A DNA stretch of 64,000 nucleotides from Eledone cirrhosa. Taxonomy: Eukaryota. The notes under the pieces are model-generated. The model had not been told where the DNA came from, did not search any database, and saw only the letters and a program-made list of their open reading frames with translations. The stretch lies in assembly GCA_964016885.1 (NCBI GenBank), contig OZ024747.1:29078001-29142000 (forward strand), written 5' to 3'. The translations under genes and the position numbers were made by a program. Shown piece after piece: positions 25,935-39,022 of this stretch (the first letter of the stretch is position 1; every line of letters begins with the position of its first letter).

Positions 25935-26842
25935 TTACACTCACGCATATTGACCTGTTTGCATGCACACGCATAAAAATGAGGATGTAAAAAAAGGAAG
26001 GAAGAAAAAAGAAACAAAACAAAAAACCTAGATGTAAAAACACGGATATAAAGACACATACACATACATATATATATACACACGCACGCGCGCGCACATA
26101 CGTAGGCGCTCGTGTACATATATAGAAAGTATACACACATTAAGGCGTTCAGACACATAGATACAGGGTGTAAAAAACTTGTGGATAAGTATTTACAAAT
26201 ATAAAATTATAAGATTGGCTGCGCAAAAATAAAAATAAAAATAAAAATAAAAATAAAAATAAAAATAAAAATAAAAAATATCTAGAGTGGAAAACGCAAG
26301 TGACACGTGTAATCAGTTAGTGAAGAAAATAGGGAAGTAAAAAATGGAAAGTGAAGATATTAGGTAAGTGAATCGGAGAATAAAGGGGGGGGGGGGTTAT
26401 TGGTGGATGTGAAGTAAAAATAAAAAATATATAAAAATAAAAATAAAAATAAATGAAATTAATAATAAGGATAAGAATGAAAGTAAATCAGAAAGGGTAA
26501 TTATAAAGAGAATAATAAGAGTTTATGGAGGATAAGTATCTGAAAGTGTGTTAAGTTTATATGAGCTGGAAAGCAGGTGTGATTTCATGTGTGGGCAACT
26601 GGTGAAAATTTCCGTCTTTGTGTTCAGGCAGGTCTTTGGTGATTTAAGATTTTGCAAGATCCAATATTTTTCATTTATGCAAAGCATGCATTTTCTTGTT
26701 CCTCTTGCATATTCTTTAGATTGGTTCAAAATTGACCAATCCAATTTATATTGGATGCCTTGATCTTTCAAATCCCAAATTCTGCTAGCCAGAGCTGTTG
26801 TAAATCTTTTTTCTGGATGTCGAAAGGATGCGACATGTGAGC
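25225..26842 (-). mobile_element. Penelope-like element 3' end (GIY-YIG C-terminus, 3' UTR and pLTR)
   Basis: SHVASFRHPEKRFTTALASRIWDLKDQGIQYKLDWSIL..CMLCINEKYWI..SCPH; hammerhead at the terminus. Confidence 0.8.
25253..25330 (-). ncRNA. Type I hammerhead at the 3' end of a Penelope-like element
   Basis: Reverse complement ATTGCTTCGT-CTGACGA-long stem II-GAAA-CCtctGG-TA-ATGAGGTAAT; 10-bp stem I with G-U pairs. Confidence 0.6.
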
Positions 26843-27695
26843 ACTCTTCACTTCTATGACCTTTTCTATTTTCAACGGAAATTTCAATACTTATACAGCT
26901 CCCAAGGGAATGATCGCAGCATATTCTACATTTTTATGAGATTGGCACCTTCCAGCCCTTTTAAAGTCGAGCACTCTTAAGTCATAGGATTTTAAACTAA
27001 TACTGAACATGGATAGATACCCTTTGGATTACTCTGTAAAGAATATCCCAACACCTTCTAACACTCTCTACACGAAAATACTGATAGACAAAGTAGAGAA
27101 GGTTGTTAAAAGAATGAGATGGAAAGCTTTGATTCTCGATGGACACTTTAACACGGATTCTACGGAATATTTTGACATCAAAACTCTTAAATACCCGCAA
27201 AGAGTAAAAGATATGACCGCTTTTGAATTAGACCTAGTTAACCTAATCAACAATATCAATTTTCATAAGTACTCTAACCCTTTTCAATCTAAACTATCTA
27301 ATGATATTTCAACATTCAAATCTTCTAATAATAAGTTCATCTTCTCCGATAAAACTAAAAACCTATATGAAGTTAACAATAATTTACACGACCAACTATT
27401 AATAGATAATATCATCTCTAAATACCAAATATCTAATATAAACACGTATCGTAAGTTTGACTGTAGATTTCTACCCAATCAGACCCTTTAAACGAAAGCT
27501 TTAAATTTCGCTAGAAGGTTTACTAATATCTCCGATATTGAAGAGAATGTCATCTTGCACGCTAGAAACACTCTACTCTTTACTGATAATGACACTTGGG
27601 TAAAAATATCTAACCCAGAGAGCTCATTCGATGTCTCAATGGGCTCTTATGACAGTGCTGATGTTTGTGATTTGGTCGGCCTATTCCTCCTGTGT
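26843..27695 (+). mobile_element. Penelope-like element 5' part (RT N-terminus, internally deleted), inverted relative to its neighbour
   Basis: YSVKNIPTPS..KRMRWKA..SDKT.NLY and FDVSMGSYDSADVCDLVGLFLL; these motifs resemble Naiad-clade PLE RTs (from memory). Confidence 0.8.
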
Positions 27696-27910
27696 ATTTT
27701 TCTTGTGTTTGTTTCATTTTTATTTTTAGACAAAATGGTAAAATATTTCAATACAAATATAGAGACAAACAATCGATTAATAATAAATGTAATGATCAGT
27801 AACTATATACATAACATTACCTGTTAGATTAGAAAGATAATAAAATACATATAGTTTTGTGGATGTTCGTTTTCTCATTTCTGAATATAAACTGGACTCA
27901 CGCACAAGCA

Positions 27911-28110
<200 letters not shown>

Positions 28111-28139
28111 CATATATATATATATATATACATACATAC

Positions 28140-28195
<56 letters not shown>

Positions 28196-28240
28196 AAGTA
28201 AAATAAAAAGTCAAATGTTTAAAATTTAGCTTCGTTTATT

Positions 28241-28295
28241 ACTGCTATATATATTTCGGTGACAGCCATCTTTGGCTGTGACCTCTTCAGGCAGT
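28241..28295 (-). ncRNA. Minimal type I hammerhead ribozyme with intact core
   Basis: Reverse complement ACTGC-CTGAAGA-GGTcACAGCCaaagatGGCTGTcACC-GAAA-TATATA-TA-GCAGT. Confidence 0.8.
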
Positions 28296-28891
28296 CCAAA
28301 TTAGTGTGGTATAGACAAGTACATATGTTGTTGAGGTGTATAATTTTGTCAATACTCTGATATGCCCAGTTCCTGGTTGGGTTGTTATTTCACTGAGGAA
28401 CTGGAATCATATGAATTCAAACAAACGAATTTCAGTGTCAAATGGCCTCTTCTCCTCTCATTGGTCAGTTGTTAGAACATTCCTCATTCAAAAGTCTATA
28501 GAAGTTCGTTCTGAGGCAAGCCAATCTGTAGTTGTTGTTCTTGTTATTGTTAGGTACATCTGACCTCAATTCTTGTGTTGGTAGTGTTGTTATTGTTGGA
28601 GTTAGCTTAATAAATTGATAAAGTGTTAGAAGGAACAAGGTGGTAAAGGAACAAAATAACAAAAAACAAAAAAAAAGCAAAAAAAATGTCAAACTTCCCA
28701 TTGGTCAGTTTTGAGTGCATTCCTTATTTTACATTACTCCGGAGTAACCAAACCAACCTGCGCACTTCGTCGAGTGCTCCAGTCTGCATACTGAGGTGTT
28801 GGTATACAACCAACATATACTCAAAATCTCTCTCTCTATATATATATATAAAAGAAATAGGATTTCGCTTCAAGCATAGCTTTATACAATA

Positions 28892-29549
28892 CTAGCAGTA
28901 AAGCCCGGCGTTGCTCGGGGTCACTCAGTAGCTGTGTTAAAGTTACAATGTTAAGTTTCTTTTTTGGCTTAAAGTCTGTCTGCACAACTGTCTGTCTGCA
29001 CGCCTAACGAAATTTACAGATACATATATTTTAAATAAACTTATATAATTTTTGCTTTTTTTTACGAAATATTTGCTTGTTTTACGTAGTCTTTAAATAG
29101 ACTTGTTTTCAAGTAAAAATATTGTTTTAAAAGGATTTTAAATGGAAATGAAGCAAAACGGAAGCTTAGTGTTCGAACTGAAGAATTTTGCAGGTCAAAA
29201 TTTTGCTGGCTCGACAACTGTTCGTGTATTGTGTTAATGTCATTTTAAACGCTGAGAAAGCCAGCGTAATTTTTTTAATTTTTGCACGCAGAAAATGTAA
29301 ACAAAACGTAAGACGCTCAATGTAAACAGAACAAAGGGAAATAACTCGTCACTTACGCTCAAAAATCAATACATTAGATTCGATTTCGTCATATAGGGTG
29401 GGTCAATTTGAAATATTTTTTTTCCGATGTCTTCGTTAGGGCTCAATGTACAAGTATAGCAATTTCGGTGCAATTCCGTCAGAGATTCTAAGGAGATGTG
29501 TGCCAAAAATCGATAGACAGACAGACAACCACAGCTTTATATATATAGA
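28892..29549 (-). mobile_element. Non-autonomous Helitron
   Basis: Minus strand starts TCTATATATATAAA and ends with hairpin CCCGAGCAACGCCGGG plus CTAG; inserted between A and T. Confidence 0.8.
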
Positions 29550-30060
29550 TGTATAAATATTTCGTATCTCCAAAGAAATACAGTTTTAGGAAGCCGTAGC
29601 TATGCAAACACCGGGGGGGGGGGGGGGACTAACGCCCTCTAGTGATGTCCAGCAGAAGCAAGGGGGACAACCGTCTATGCATTTCTGGCTTAACTGGCCT
29701 TCATCAGGACGGTCCCTCCCACCGCTTGCGACTGCTGGACTAGATGACAGCTGAGAATATATACTTTTCTCGTCTGTGTAAATGAGGTGATTAATCTCAT
29801 TTGCATATGAAGCTGCATAAGTTGGCTCAACTTAATATATACATACATACATTGTGTTTTTTGCTTGTGATTTTTTTGCTTGTGCTTTTTACTTATACCT
29901 ATTTCACTTCCAACCAGTGCTGCTTGTAATTGTGTTCTTTCAAGCAGAACATCTTTTTAACTCCTGACTCTCCACATGATGCCTTTGACACTAATAACAA
30001 TTATGTACCCTAAATGTTCTAAATGACTAAGATTTTAGTTACATGTTTCGACATTCCTTA

Positions 30061-30107
30061 TGCTCCGATGATTCCAGACTTCCCTCTGGAAGAAACAATT
30101 GTCAGCA
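30061..30107 (+). ncRNA. Minimal hammerhead motif with variant core CCGATGA
   Basis: TGCT-CCGATGA-TTCCAGActtcccTCTGGAA-GAAA-CAATTG-TC-AGCA. Confidence 0.6.
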
Positions 30108-30285
30108 AATAAATGTTCTAAACTAAAATTTGATCGTTTTAACACTTTGTATCTCCGCTCTGTAAAACACTTGAACATTTTTATTGAGCCTTTTGTCATA
30201 CCGGTAACCGGCTAGTACTTAGTACTACCCTACATATTTATAGTTATATCAAACATATATAAATATAAATATTCTTATTACATAC

Positions 30286-30319
<34 letters not shown>

Positions 30320-30322
<3 letters not shown>

Positions 30323-33070
30323 GATATTAACAAATGGAAACTATATTTATAAAACCATATTTATTTCATTATACATATTTCAAGGACACCAAGTTAAATT
30401 ATGGTGTGCTTTCATCAGATAAAATATAATATAGATCAGTTTTATAAATAAATATTGACATACCCTTAAAGAATGCAACCATTACTGTTGGAAGCTCCCG
30501 GATAGTGGAGTTATAGCGTTAATTATTAGTATTGGATATTTTTAAAATAAGCCGTTGGGTTACGGAGAAATAGAAAGATAGAGAAGGAAAGAGAGAGAGA
30601 GAGCGGAATAAACAGAGAGAGAAATATGGGGAGAGAGAGGAGACGGAAAAAATGAGAGAGAACGAAAAACTCTAAGTCATATCTTGTTGAGTTAACTTAA
30701 CAATTGAGATGAAATGAATAAATAAAAATTAGAAATGTTAATAATCATGAATGGAATATACATATATAATATGAGAAATTTAACCATTGTTTAAATATGA
30801 TTAGATGTTTAGTTAATCAGTTAAATATTGAGATCAATATATTAAAAATTGGGATCTATATATTAAGAAATCCATATATTATTAAAGATCTATATATTAC
30901 ATAACACGTATACACACGCAAAAAATACGTACATATAAATATATATACACACTTATAAAAATACATATACATATCTAACTACGTATATAACATATACACA
31001 CAAAATATAAAGGATTCTTTAATTTAATTTAAGATTTAGGAATCTTATAAAATGTTAAATTGTTAAGATATTAAAGGAAATTTTATGTTATACACACTTT
31101 ATGTTATTAAACAAAATTTATATAAGTTTTATAAGATTACCTGTTATGTATTTATGGCAGTTATTATATGTCTTTTTGTCACGAATCTTGGGATAATCAC
31201 TATACATAAGTGCGATCGAATTATATGGATAAACACACACATGTACATACACAATTCCTACATATACATACATATATGTACCCTCACAAATAGGTAGATA
31301 CGCATCACGTATATATAAACATACAGATAGACATACACGCATAAAACATATGTACATGCATGTCAATACACACATATACATATGTACACACATATAGAGA
31401 GAAGTACATATAAATACAGTACATAGTATAATTGAGTACATAAAATACAAAAGAACTATATTACGATTTGGAAATATAGTTATAAGCAATATAGCTTTAA
31501 AATCAATATAACTTTAAAATATTATAGAATATTTCAAGTTATAATTTCAAAATAATAGTATGTTTAATATATTTAGTATAGAAAATTTTCTACGTATATT
31601 TAACTTAATTTTATATCCATAAGAAAAATAAACAGAAACTTTGAAAAGATAAACTTTCGAAAATAGGAGAAGTTATCAAATAATAAAAATTAAAAAAATA
31701 TAAGAAATTATTTCTCCCTTCAAGAGCTCTCAGTATATTTCTCTAGAATAGTTTAATTATATTTATTTATATTTAGGAAGAAAAGTTATTTTTACTTGAG
31801 TGTATAATCATTCAAAAAAGGATGAAGGAATCTAATGATTTATCGACAGATTTAATATATCAATAAAATTAATTAATTAATTATATATTTTTCCATTTTA
31901 AATTTATATTTATATTTAAACGTTGAGTTTAATCTATGTCTACAGCAACTGAATAAATTATTCCTTAAGTTCAGGGAATTTTTGGTCTTTAATATAAAGA
32001 ATATTTCCTCTATACAAAGATCACAATTTTCTGAAGAGGAGTTAAAAGGAGTAGCTTCTGAAATACTATTCCAAATCAACGAATACTTAACGTTCTTTAG
32101 TTTGAGGTCCCATAATAGGCTAGATAGAGAAGTTGAAGATTTTTTGTTTGGATCTGTAAAATAATTTTTATGGCTATTGAAGCGAGATTTAAACTCTGTG
32201 GAAGTGGATCCCACATAATTAAATGAATTTAAATTAGTTTTTACATTACAATTATATACTATATTTTTAGCTAAGCAATTGTTATTTAACGGACAGTTAG
32301 ATTTATTTCTAGTTTATCAAATTGGATATTGCTTGGGTTATTAGTGGTATTTTGGTTAGGTTTTAAATTTCTATTATTAATTCTATTAATATTTTGCGCT
32401 AAATTTTTGGTGGAAGAATAAGTTAATTTTACAGTGTGTCTATTAAAAATTGAGTAATATCTATGTGTTCTAGGGAAGCATTTGTTAAGAGCTTTAAAAA
32501 ATAGTTTAGCAATAGGGGTTTTAATATTTAATGAGAAAGGAGGAGCGAACCATAATATGTTCCTAGATCTATTTCTTTTTCCGCTTTCGGAATTAATATA
32601 AGGTTTTCTATTATAGTTGTTAAAATTGTTACCATAGTTAAAATTGTTACGATTATGGTTAGTTGTTGTATTTTTATTATTATCAATGTATTTAATTTTA
32701 TTTCTATACCCAGCTCTATCTCACGCTTCGTTGTAATAATGTGCTTTTTCATCAAATATATTCTTATTAGCTGAAATTCTCGAAATTCGTTCCTGTACAG
32801 AGTTCACTATAGTATTTTTAACGGATCTGGGGGTGATTAGAGTTAAAATTGACGTAGTTTAAGTTCTCATTTAGTTTGTGAAATGGATAATGAAGACATG
32901 TGTTAAGATTTAGTGTTACATCTAGAAAGTTAACTATTTTATGGTTATTCTCTATTTCACTTTTAGATTAAGGTAATTAAAAAATTGTATAATTTGTTTT
33001 CTTTTTCTATTTAGTTCACAGTTATTATTTTCTATAAGTAAAAGCATGTCATCACGATATATCTTTACAC
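30320..33070 (-). mobile_element. 5'-truncated Penelope-like element (RT C-terminus, GIY-YIG, long 3' UTR, pLTR)
   Basis: IYRDDMLL, VNFLDVTLNL, RNILWFAPPFS, CPLNNNCLAKNIVY, YVGSTSTEFKSRFNSHK, CDLCIEE, SCCRH; degraded reading frame. Confidence 0.85.
30365..30423 (-). ncRNA. Minimal hammerhead in the pLTR of the adjacent Penelope-like element
   Basis: Exact reverse complement of the 4572-4630 motif. Confidence 0.7.
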
Positions 33071-33289
33071 TCTAAAATGGTAAGAAAACTTCAATATGCG
33101 ATAAACATAACATGTACATAAATTGTAGCGCATATCCAAATAGATATGTTTTGCTAGTTTGGGGAGAAAACATAATTATTAGAGGGAGGGGAGCATGCCC
33201 CACCCCATCAAGTCCACCGCCACTGTATATATATATAATTTAAGAAAAGTATGCTCTGTGCCCTTTCCTAAAGGGTTAATATATCAATA

Positions 33290-33640
33290 CCGAGGTCCTT
33301 ATCCGTGCTGCCCTTCTCAGCATGTTTACTCTGCTCCGGCAGCGCAGACTACGCTGGCTAGGACACGTCCACCGCATGAATGATGGCTGCATCCACAAAG
33401 ACATCTTGTATGGGGAGCTGGCCTCTGGAAAGAGAGCCACCGGTCGACATTGTTAAGAGAGATATGAAGGCCATTGAGATCAACACAGAGTCCTGGGAGG
33501 GCCTCTCAGCTTACCGGCCAAGATGGAGAAACACCCTGAATCAACACCTCAGAGGAAGAGAGTTTGATGACTGCAGCAACAGAGAGGAGAGCCCGGCGAA
33601 AGGAGTGCAATAAATCCATCAGACCAGAGACCATATACAG
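33290..33640 (+). mobile_element. RTE LINE 3' fragment
   Basis: QRRLRWLGHVHRMNDGCIHKDILYGEL motif. Confidence 0.75.
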
Positions 33641-33755
33641 ATGGGGGGGGGGGGCGGCCTCCCCTGGCACCCCCAATTCCACCACCCTTGATATATATAT
33701 ATACACACACACACACATCTATGTATGTATGTATATATGTATGCATGCATATATG

Positions 33756-33787
<32 letters not shown>

Positions 33788-34093
33788 CATGCGTATGTGT
33801 GTGTGTGTGTGCGCGCGCGCGCGCGCGTGCGTGTTGGCATTTCGAACAGGGGAGATAAGCTCAACTCAGAGCTAAAGTGATGCATAGTTTATTTTATTAA
33901 AGCTAAATACATAAATAGTAAACAATATGGTAAATGAAGGGATCCATGGATGGATAGTTAAACTGATATTGAAGTAAATGAATAAAAGATCTAAATAATT
34001 TGACTGTTGTGATTGTGGGCATTCTGTGTCTGTGTGTTCGTTTAAACAGCATGTGCATCTGTTGAAACCTGTATGTGTGTGTGTGTGTGTGTA

Positions 34094-34410
34094 TGGCTTA
34101 GTAGTTAGGGTGTACGGCTTACGGTTATAAAGTCATGATTCTAATCCCGGTGGAGGGTTGTATCCTTGAGCAAGACACTTTATTTCACGTTATTCCAGTT
34201 TACTCAACTGACCCCCCCCCCAATCCTGTAATTCAAAGGGCAAGTCTTGTCACATGTTGTGTCACGCTGAATCTCCTTGAGAGCTACGTTAATGATACAC
34301 CTGTCCATAGAATGCTCAGCCACTTGCATATTAATTTTGTGAACAGGCTGTTCCGTTGACTGAATCAACGAGAATGCTCGTCATAGGAATCGATAGGAAT
34401 CCAACACGTG
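34094..34410 (+). mobile_element. Second tRNA-derived SINE family (TTGAGCAAGACACTTTATTTCACG core)
   Basis: Also at about 1020-1200 (-), 11622-11850, 39270-39620 and 39946-40060. Confidence 0.75.
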
Positions 34411-34419
34411 TATATTTGC

Positions 34420-34795
34420 TGAAGGGCATATGTATTACTGTTGGAAGGGCATGTTTGTGGGAAGGGGATGTTTGTGACTGTTGGAAGGGCATGTGTGTGT
34501 TTGTGGGAAGGGCATGTGTGTGTGTGTGGGGGAATTGAATGTGTGTGACTGGTGGAAGGGCTTGTGTGTGTTTGTGGGAAGGACATGTGTGTGTTTGTGG
34601 GAAGGGGATTTGTGTGACTGTTGGAAGGGCATGTGTGTTTGTGGGAAGGACATGTGTGTGTTTGTGGGAAGGGCATGTGTGTGTTTGTGGGAAGGGGATG
34701 TATGTGTTTGTGGGAAGGGCATGTGTGTGACTGTAGGAGGGCATGTATGTGTCTTTTATGAGGGCATGTGTGTGTGTTTGTGAGAAGGGCATGAT
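34420..34795. repeat. Minisatellite of about 23 bp (GTGGGAAGGGCATGTGTGTGTTT)
   Basis: Roughly 15 degenerate tandem copies. Confidence 0.85.
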
Positions 34796-34855
34796 GTGTT
34801 TCGGTACAAGGTCATTTGTTCCTGTATGTCTAGGATTTAACACACATATCTTTAA

Positions 34856-35008
<153 letters not shown>

Positions 35009-35680
35009 TAAGAAAACCACTATTTTCTTTCTTTATTCCCATCTTTGATATTTCTCTGGTTCCCGATTTCGACATACACTGTAAAGACCAACAGAGTTTG
35101 AACTGTTTTACTAAATTTCTTATGTATTATCCCTTTTGTGTTTGCAATATTGTACTTTAGTATCCCTACTACTGTCTATTGCTTATGAACGCAGCATGGC
35201 TTATTGGTTAAGAAGTTTGTTTTGCAATCATGAAGTTCCAAGCTGGGTCCCACTGCATGGCATTTTAGTCAAGTGTTTTTTTTTATCATAGCCACGGATG
35301 AACCCAATCCTTGTGTGTGAAATTGGATAGACGGAAACTGTTTGGAAGCCCGTTGAATGGACTAGATACTATGCGCTATCTGTTCAGGCTCTTTGCGTTC
35401 TGAGTAAAAAAAAATTCTCTTCGATAATATTTGGGTGGTAGACTTAAACTGTCGACCAGTTTAACACCACCTATCTCTTGGGAGTTTTTAAGGGTGTTCA
35501 CTCTGCTGCAAATATTTGGACTAGGATTCCTTTTCACCCCCAACCAGTATTTGGGGTCAATAAGTTCATGAGCACCGCTTTTCCACCCCCGATTAAATAG
35601 TAAAAAAACAGAACAATAACGAAATGTTTTCCTTCTCATTTCAATTTCTCTTTATTCTTATAATTTGGAAATTTATCTAG

Positions 35681-35853
35681 CAACGGACAGGCTTTCACAG
35701 GCGCCTGGTTTTTTCAAGGCTCTGGAAATATATCTATGTCAGAAATAAACTGCGAGGGAACAGAATCAAGTCTTTGGGAATGCCCATTCAAAGAAATGAA
35801 CTATTGTTCACATCGGGAAGACGCTTCTGTTGTTTGCACTGAACCAAAGAATG
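35681..35853 (+). CDS. SRCR gene 2 exon 3 (SRCR domain 1, C-half)
   Basis: NGQAFTGAWFFQGSGNISMSEINCEGTESSLWECPFKEMNYCSHREDASVVCT; 173 nt, the same length as gene 1 exon 3. Confidence 0.93.
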
Positions 35854-36751
35854 GTAAATTTCTTCATTGATATCCTTTTAATTATTCGATGTATATTTAT
35901 AAAATATTTTACCTTTTTTGTTCTTAACCTCTCTGTCACTTCCACACTCTCGCTGTATATATATATAATGTTTGTTCGTTCCGTTTGATTCGCCCAATAT
36001 TTAATTTACAGAATTTTCCGACCTCACACAATATTTCTTCTAAATTTGCTAAAAGGCCATATCTCATTTGCTTTGGAGTAGTCTTGCTTTGTGTCTCGTC
36101 CTCTTTTCTGTTTAACGATTGCGTGGTGCCTCTTATAACACGAGAGTCATAAATGAAACAAAAGAAAAAAGGAAGATTATTTTTAAAGGTTTCGCCTTAA
36201 ACAATTGTTTTTCGTTTTGCCTTGTTTCACTGTCTTGTCCTCTCTTTGTTTATCTAGTTATTTCCATTGGATTTTAGTCCCTACGTTCAGATTTAAACAA
36301 TTAATTTGTTTTACGAATTGGATATCAACTTGTATGGTATATATCTTTAGAGGAATTTCTTTCAAATGAAGTGAGGCTATATTACACTTGCTTATGTATC
36401 TGCATATGAGAGATTTTGTAGGTGGATTATATTCGTAGTGTATGTGGTCTTTAATTAGACCAACCAAAAACTTAAATTAAAATCTTATTCGGGATCACAA
36501 AAGGAGATGAACGAGTGAGAGAGAATTTGATTGGTTCTTAGCATGGAATTGTCAAATCTATAGAATTAACATCTATTTATGTTTTTAGCATGGTAAATTT
36601 TATTTCCTAAGTTCTGATAGCTAATTAAATGTTATTCCCCTGGAGATAATTGATGGGTTTTTTTTTCTACCTCCTCCTTCGGTTGGTTTGTAGGAAGCTT
36701 GAGTGCGGAGAATTTTCCTCCTTTTATATATTTACATGATTTATTTTACAG

Positions 36752-36799
36752 CCAGCAACTCTGTACCTACGAAAATAGTACCTAACATTTCGAACTCTG
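36752..36799 (+). CDS. SRCR gene 2 exon 4 (48-nt linker ASNSVPTKIVPNISNS)
   Basis: TTTTACAG acceptor, G|GTATGT donor, phase 1-1. Confidence 0.72.
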
Positions 36800-37312
36800 G
36801 TATGTAACATTATAATTATTTTTTTTAGCGTCGGATACCATGCCTCGCGGCATAGTTACGTTCTGAATTCAAATCTCGCCGGGGTTAGCTTTGCCTTTCA
36901 TCCTTACAGGGTCGATAAAATAAAGCACCAGTAATGCACTGGGTCGATTTAATCGACTTTCCTCTCCAACAAAATTTGTTGGTTTTTTGCCTAAATCAGA
37001 AACCTTTGTTACTATTTTCTTTTCTTTACTCAGCATTTCGTTTATCCTCTATCTGAATTAAGATTACTTGTTAACAAGCTGTCTCCTGCAGTTCCAATTA
37101 CTTTTCGTGAGGCTCTTGCTATGTCAAGCAAACAAATTCTGTTAAGTCAGGTTATTCACCTTTATAACCAAACATCCAAACGTCTAGGCCACATGACTTA
37201 AAAAATTAGGATAACACCTTTGCGGCGATTCCATTTTCTGTACAATTCCTGTTTCAGGTCTTAGTACTTATCTATATATTCGCGTTCTTTTTCTACCGCT
37301 CTAATATCAAAT

Positions 37313-37670
37313 GGAGGCGGCGAATTGGCAGAGTCTTTAGAACGTCGGATAGAACACTTTGTAGTTTTCATTTCGGCTCTTTGTTCTCTGAGTTCAAATC
37401 CCACCGAGTCAACTTTGCCTTTCAAGGTCGATAAAAAAAGTACCTTTGCCTTTCAAGGTCGATAAAAAAAATACCAGGCTAGTAGTGGGGTCGATTCTTC
37501 CTCTATATCTCTTTCTCACGTCTTTTTTCTCACTATCTCTATCATTCTCTGGAAGAAATCTGCTGTATTCAGTCCTGGAGACGAGATGGGCTACGCCAGG
37601 TTTAAAAAATGCCCTAGAAATGTCGTATGTCAATATGGAGTCCCTACAACTCCCCCAGGAGTTACGGGTC
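37313..37670 (+). mobile_element. OK-like SINE head with an alternative 3' module
   Basis: Tail GGGGTCGATTCTTCCTCTATATCTC..GGAAGAAATCTGCTG..CTGGAGA.G.GATGGGCT is also at about 4842-5030, 6228-6370 and 22390-22550. Confidence 0.65.
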
Positions 37671-37910
37671 TATACCATTCCATACCATACCAATATCAAA
37701 TGGGGAAGCAACATCGATTAGCCAATACACTCTTTCCTCGTATGACTGTTTTCTTTGTTTATCCAACTAGTATGTAATATTATTTATTTTTGTGGTATTC
37801 AGTATTATTGTTTTTTTTCTCTTCTGATCTTATATGGAACTCGAGAGCGCCGCTCAATGTGCCTTGGGTACCTACAGTGTTTTCATTATATATATATTTT
37901 TAATTTCCAG

Positions 37911-38058
37911 GAAATGGTTCAGGAGTACGATTAGTTGGAGGTGATAACAATACTTATGGACGTGTTGAAGTGTTTTATGAGGGAACATGGGGCAGTATAT
38001 GTAATGATTGGTGGGATTATCGTGATGCTGGTGTGGTCTGCCGTATGATCGGGTTTTG
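37911..38058 (+). CDS. SRCR gene 2 exon 5 (SRCR domain 2, N-half)
   Basis: [45 protein letters not shown]; TTCCAG acceptor and GTAAGT donor. Confidence 0.95.
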
Positions 38059-38521
38059 GTAAGTGAAATCTAGCAACATCTGTGGTCGTTGTTGTTGGGA
38101 GTTGTGGTGGTATTGGCGTTGTTGGGGGCTCTGGTGGTGTTGGTATTGTTACTGATAATGATGCTTAGTGTGGGTAATGGTGTTGGTGTTGGTTTTGGTA
38201 GTTGTGGTGGTTGGCATTGATAGCTGTGTTGGTAGTGGTGGCAGTAGTGATTATGGTGATGCCGGTGGTGATTGTGGTGACGGTGGTAGTGGTTGTGGTT
38301 GGTGGTAGTAGTGTTGTTGTTGTTGGTAGTAGAGGTGGTGGTCATGGCTCGTGGTGTTGGTAGTGGTGTTAGTAGTAGTGGTAGACGTGTTGGTTGTAGT
38401 TTTGGTTGTAGTTGTGGTAGTGTTGTTGTTCAAAAAACGTTTTCTACCGCATTGTACCGGCTTTTTGAAAAATATCGGTATTTTACTACATATCTCACAA
38501 TGCTTCCTATTAACTACACTA

Positions 38522-38594
<73 letters not shown>

Positions 38595-38725
38595 GGGGCC
38601 ATTACTGCGTGTTTGATGTAGTAGAGAATGATGTATGCAAAAATGTTCTTGTATTAAGCAACATATAAAAATGATAGCTGTTTCGTAATGCTTTGTTGTT
38701 ATTGTTACACTCTTGTCCATTGTAG

Positions 38726-38885
38726 TAGTGGCAAACCTTATAAAGGAATACCCGGAGATGGTCCAATATGGTTAGACGATGTGAAATGTAAAGGGCACGA
38801 ACTGAACATATGCGACTGCCCTCACAAGCCCTGGTCTGATCACGATTGCTTCCACAACGAAGATGCTGGAGTCATATGCCAGTAA
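38726..38885 (+). CDS. SRCR gene 2 last exon (SRCR domain 2, C-half)
   Basis: [51 protein letters not shown] and TAA; tandem TAGTAG acceptor. Confidence 0.93.
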
Positions 38886-38910
38886 AATCGTTATTGAAAA
38901 CAAACAAACA

Positions 38911-39022
38911 AATAAACATATAAAACATTTTTACTACTATGGTTACCAAATTATATCAAAAAGTTATATGCATGAATAACCTTAATTTACAACCATGTCA
39001 TGTATTTTTAAATGTGAATAAA
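38911..39022 (+). terminator. Candidate polyadenylation signals of SRCR gene 2
   Basis: AATAAA at 38911 and about 39017, just downstream of the stop codon. Confidence 0.45.
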
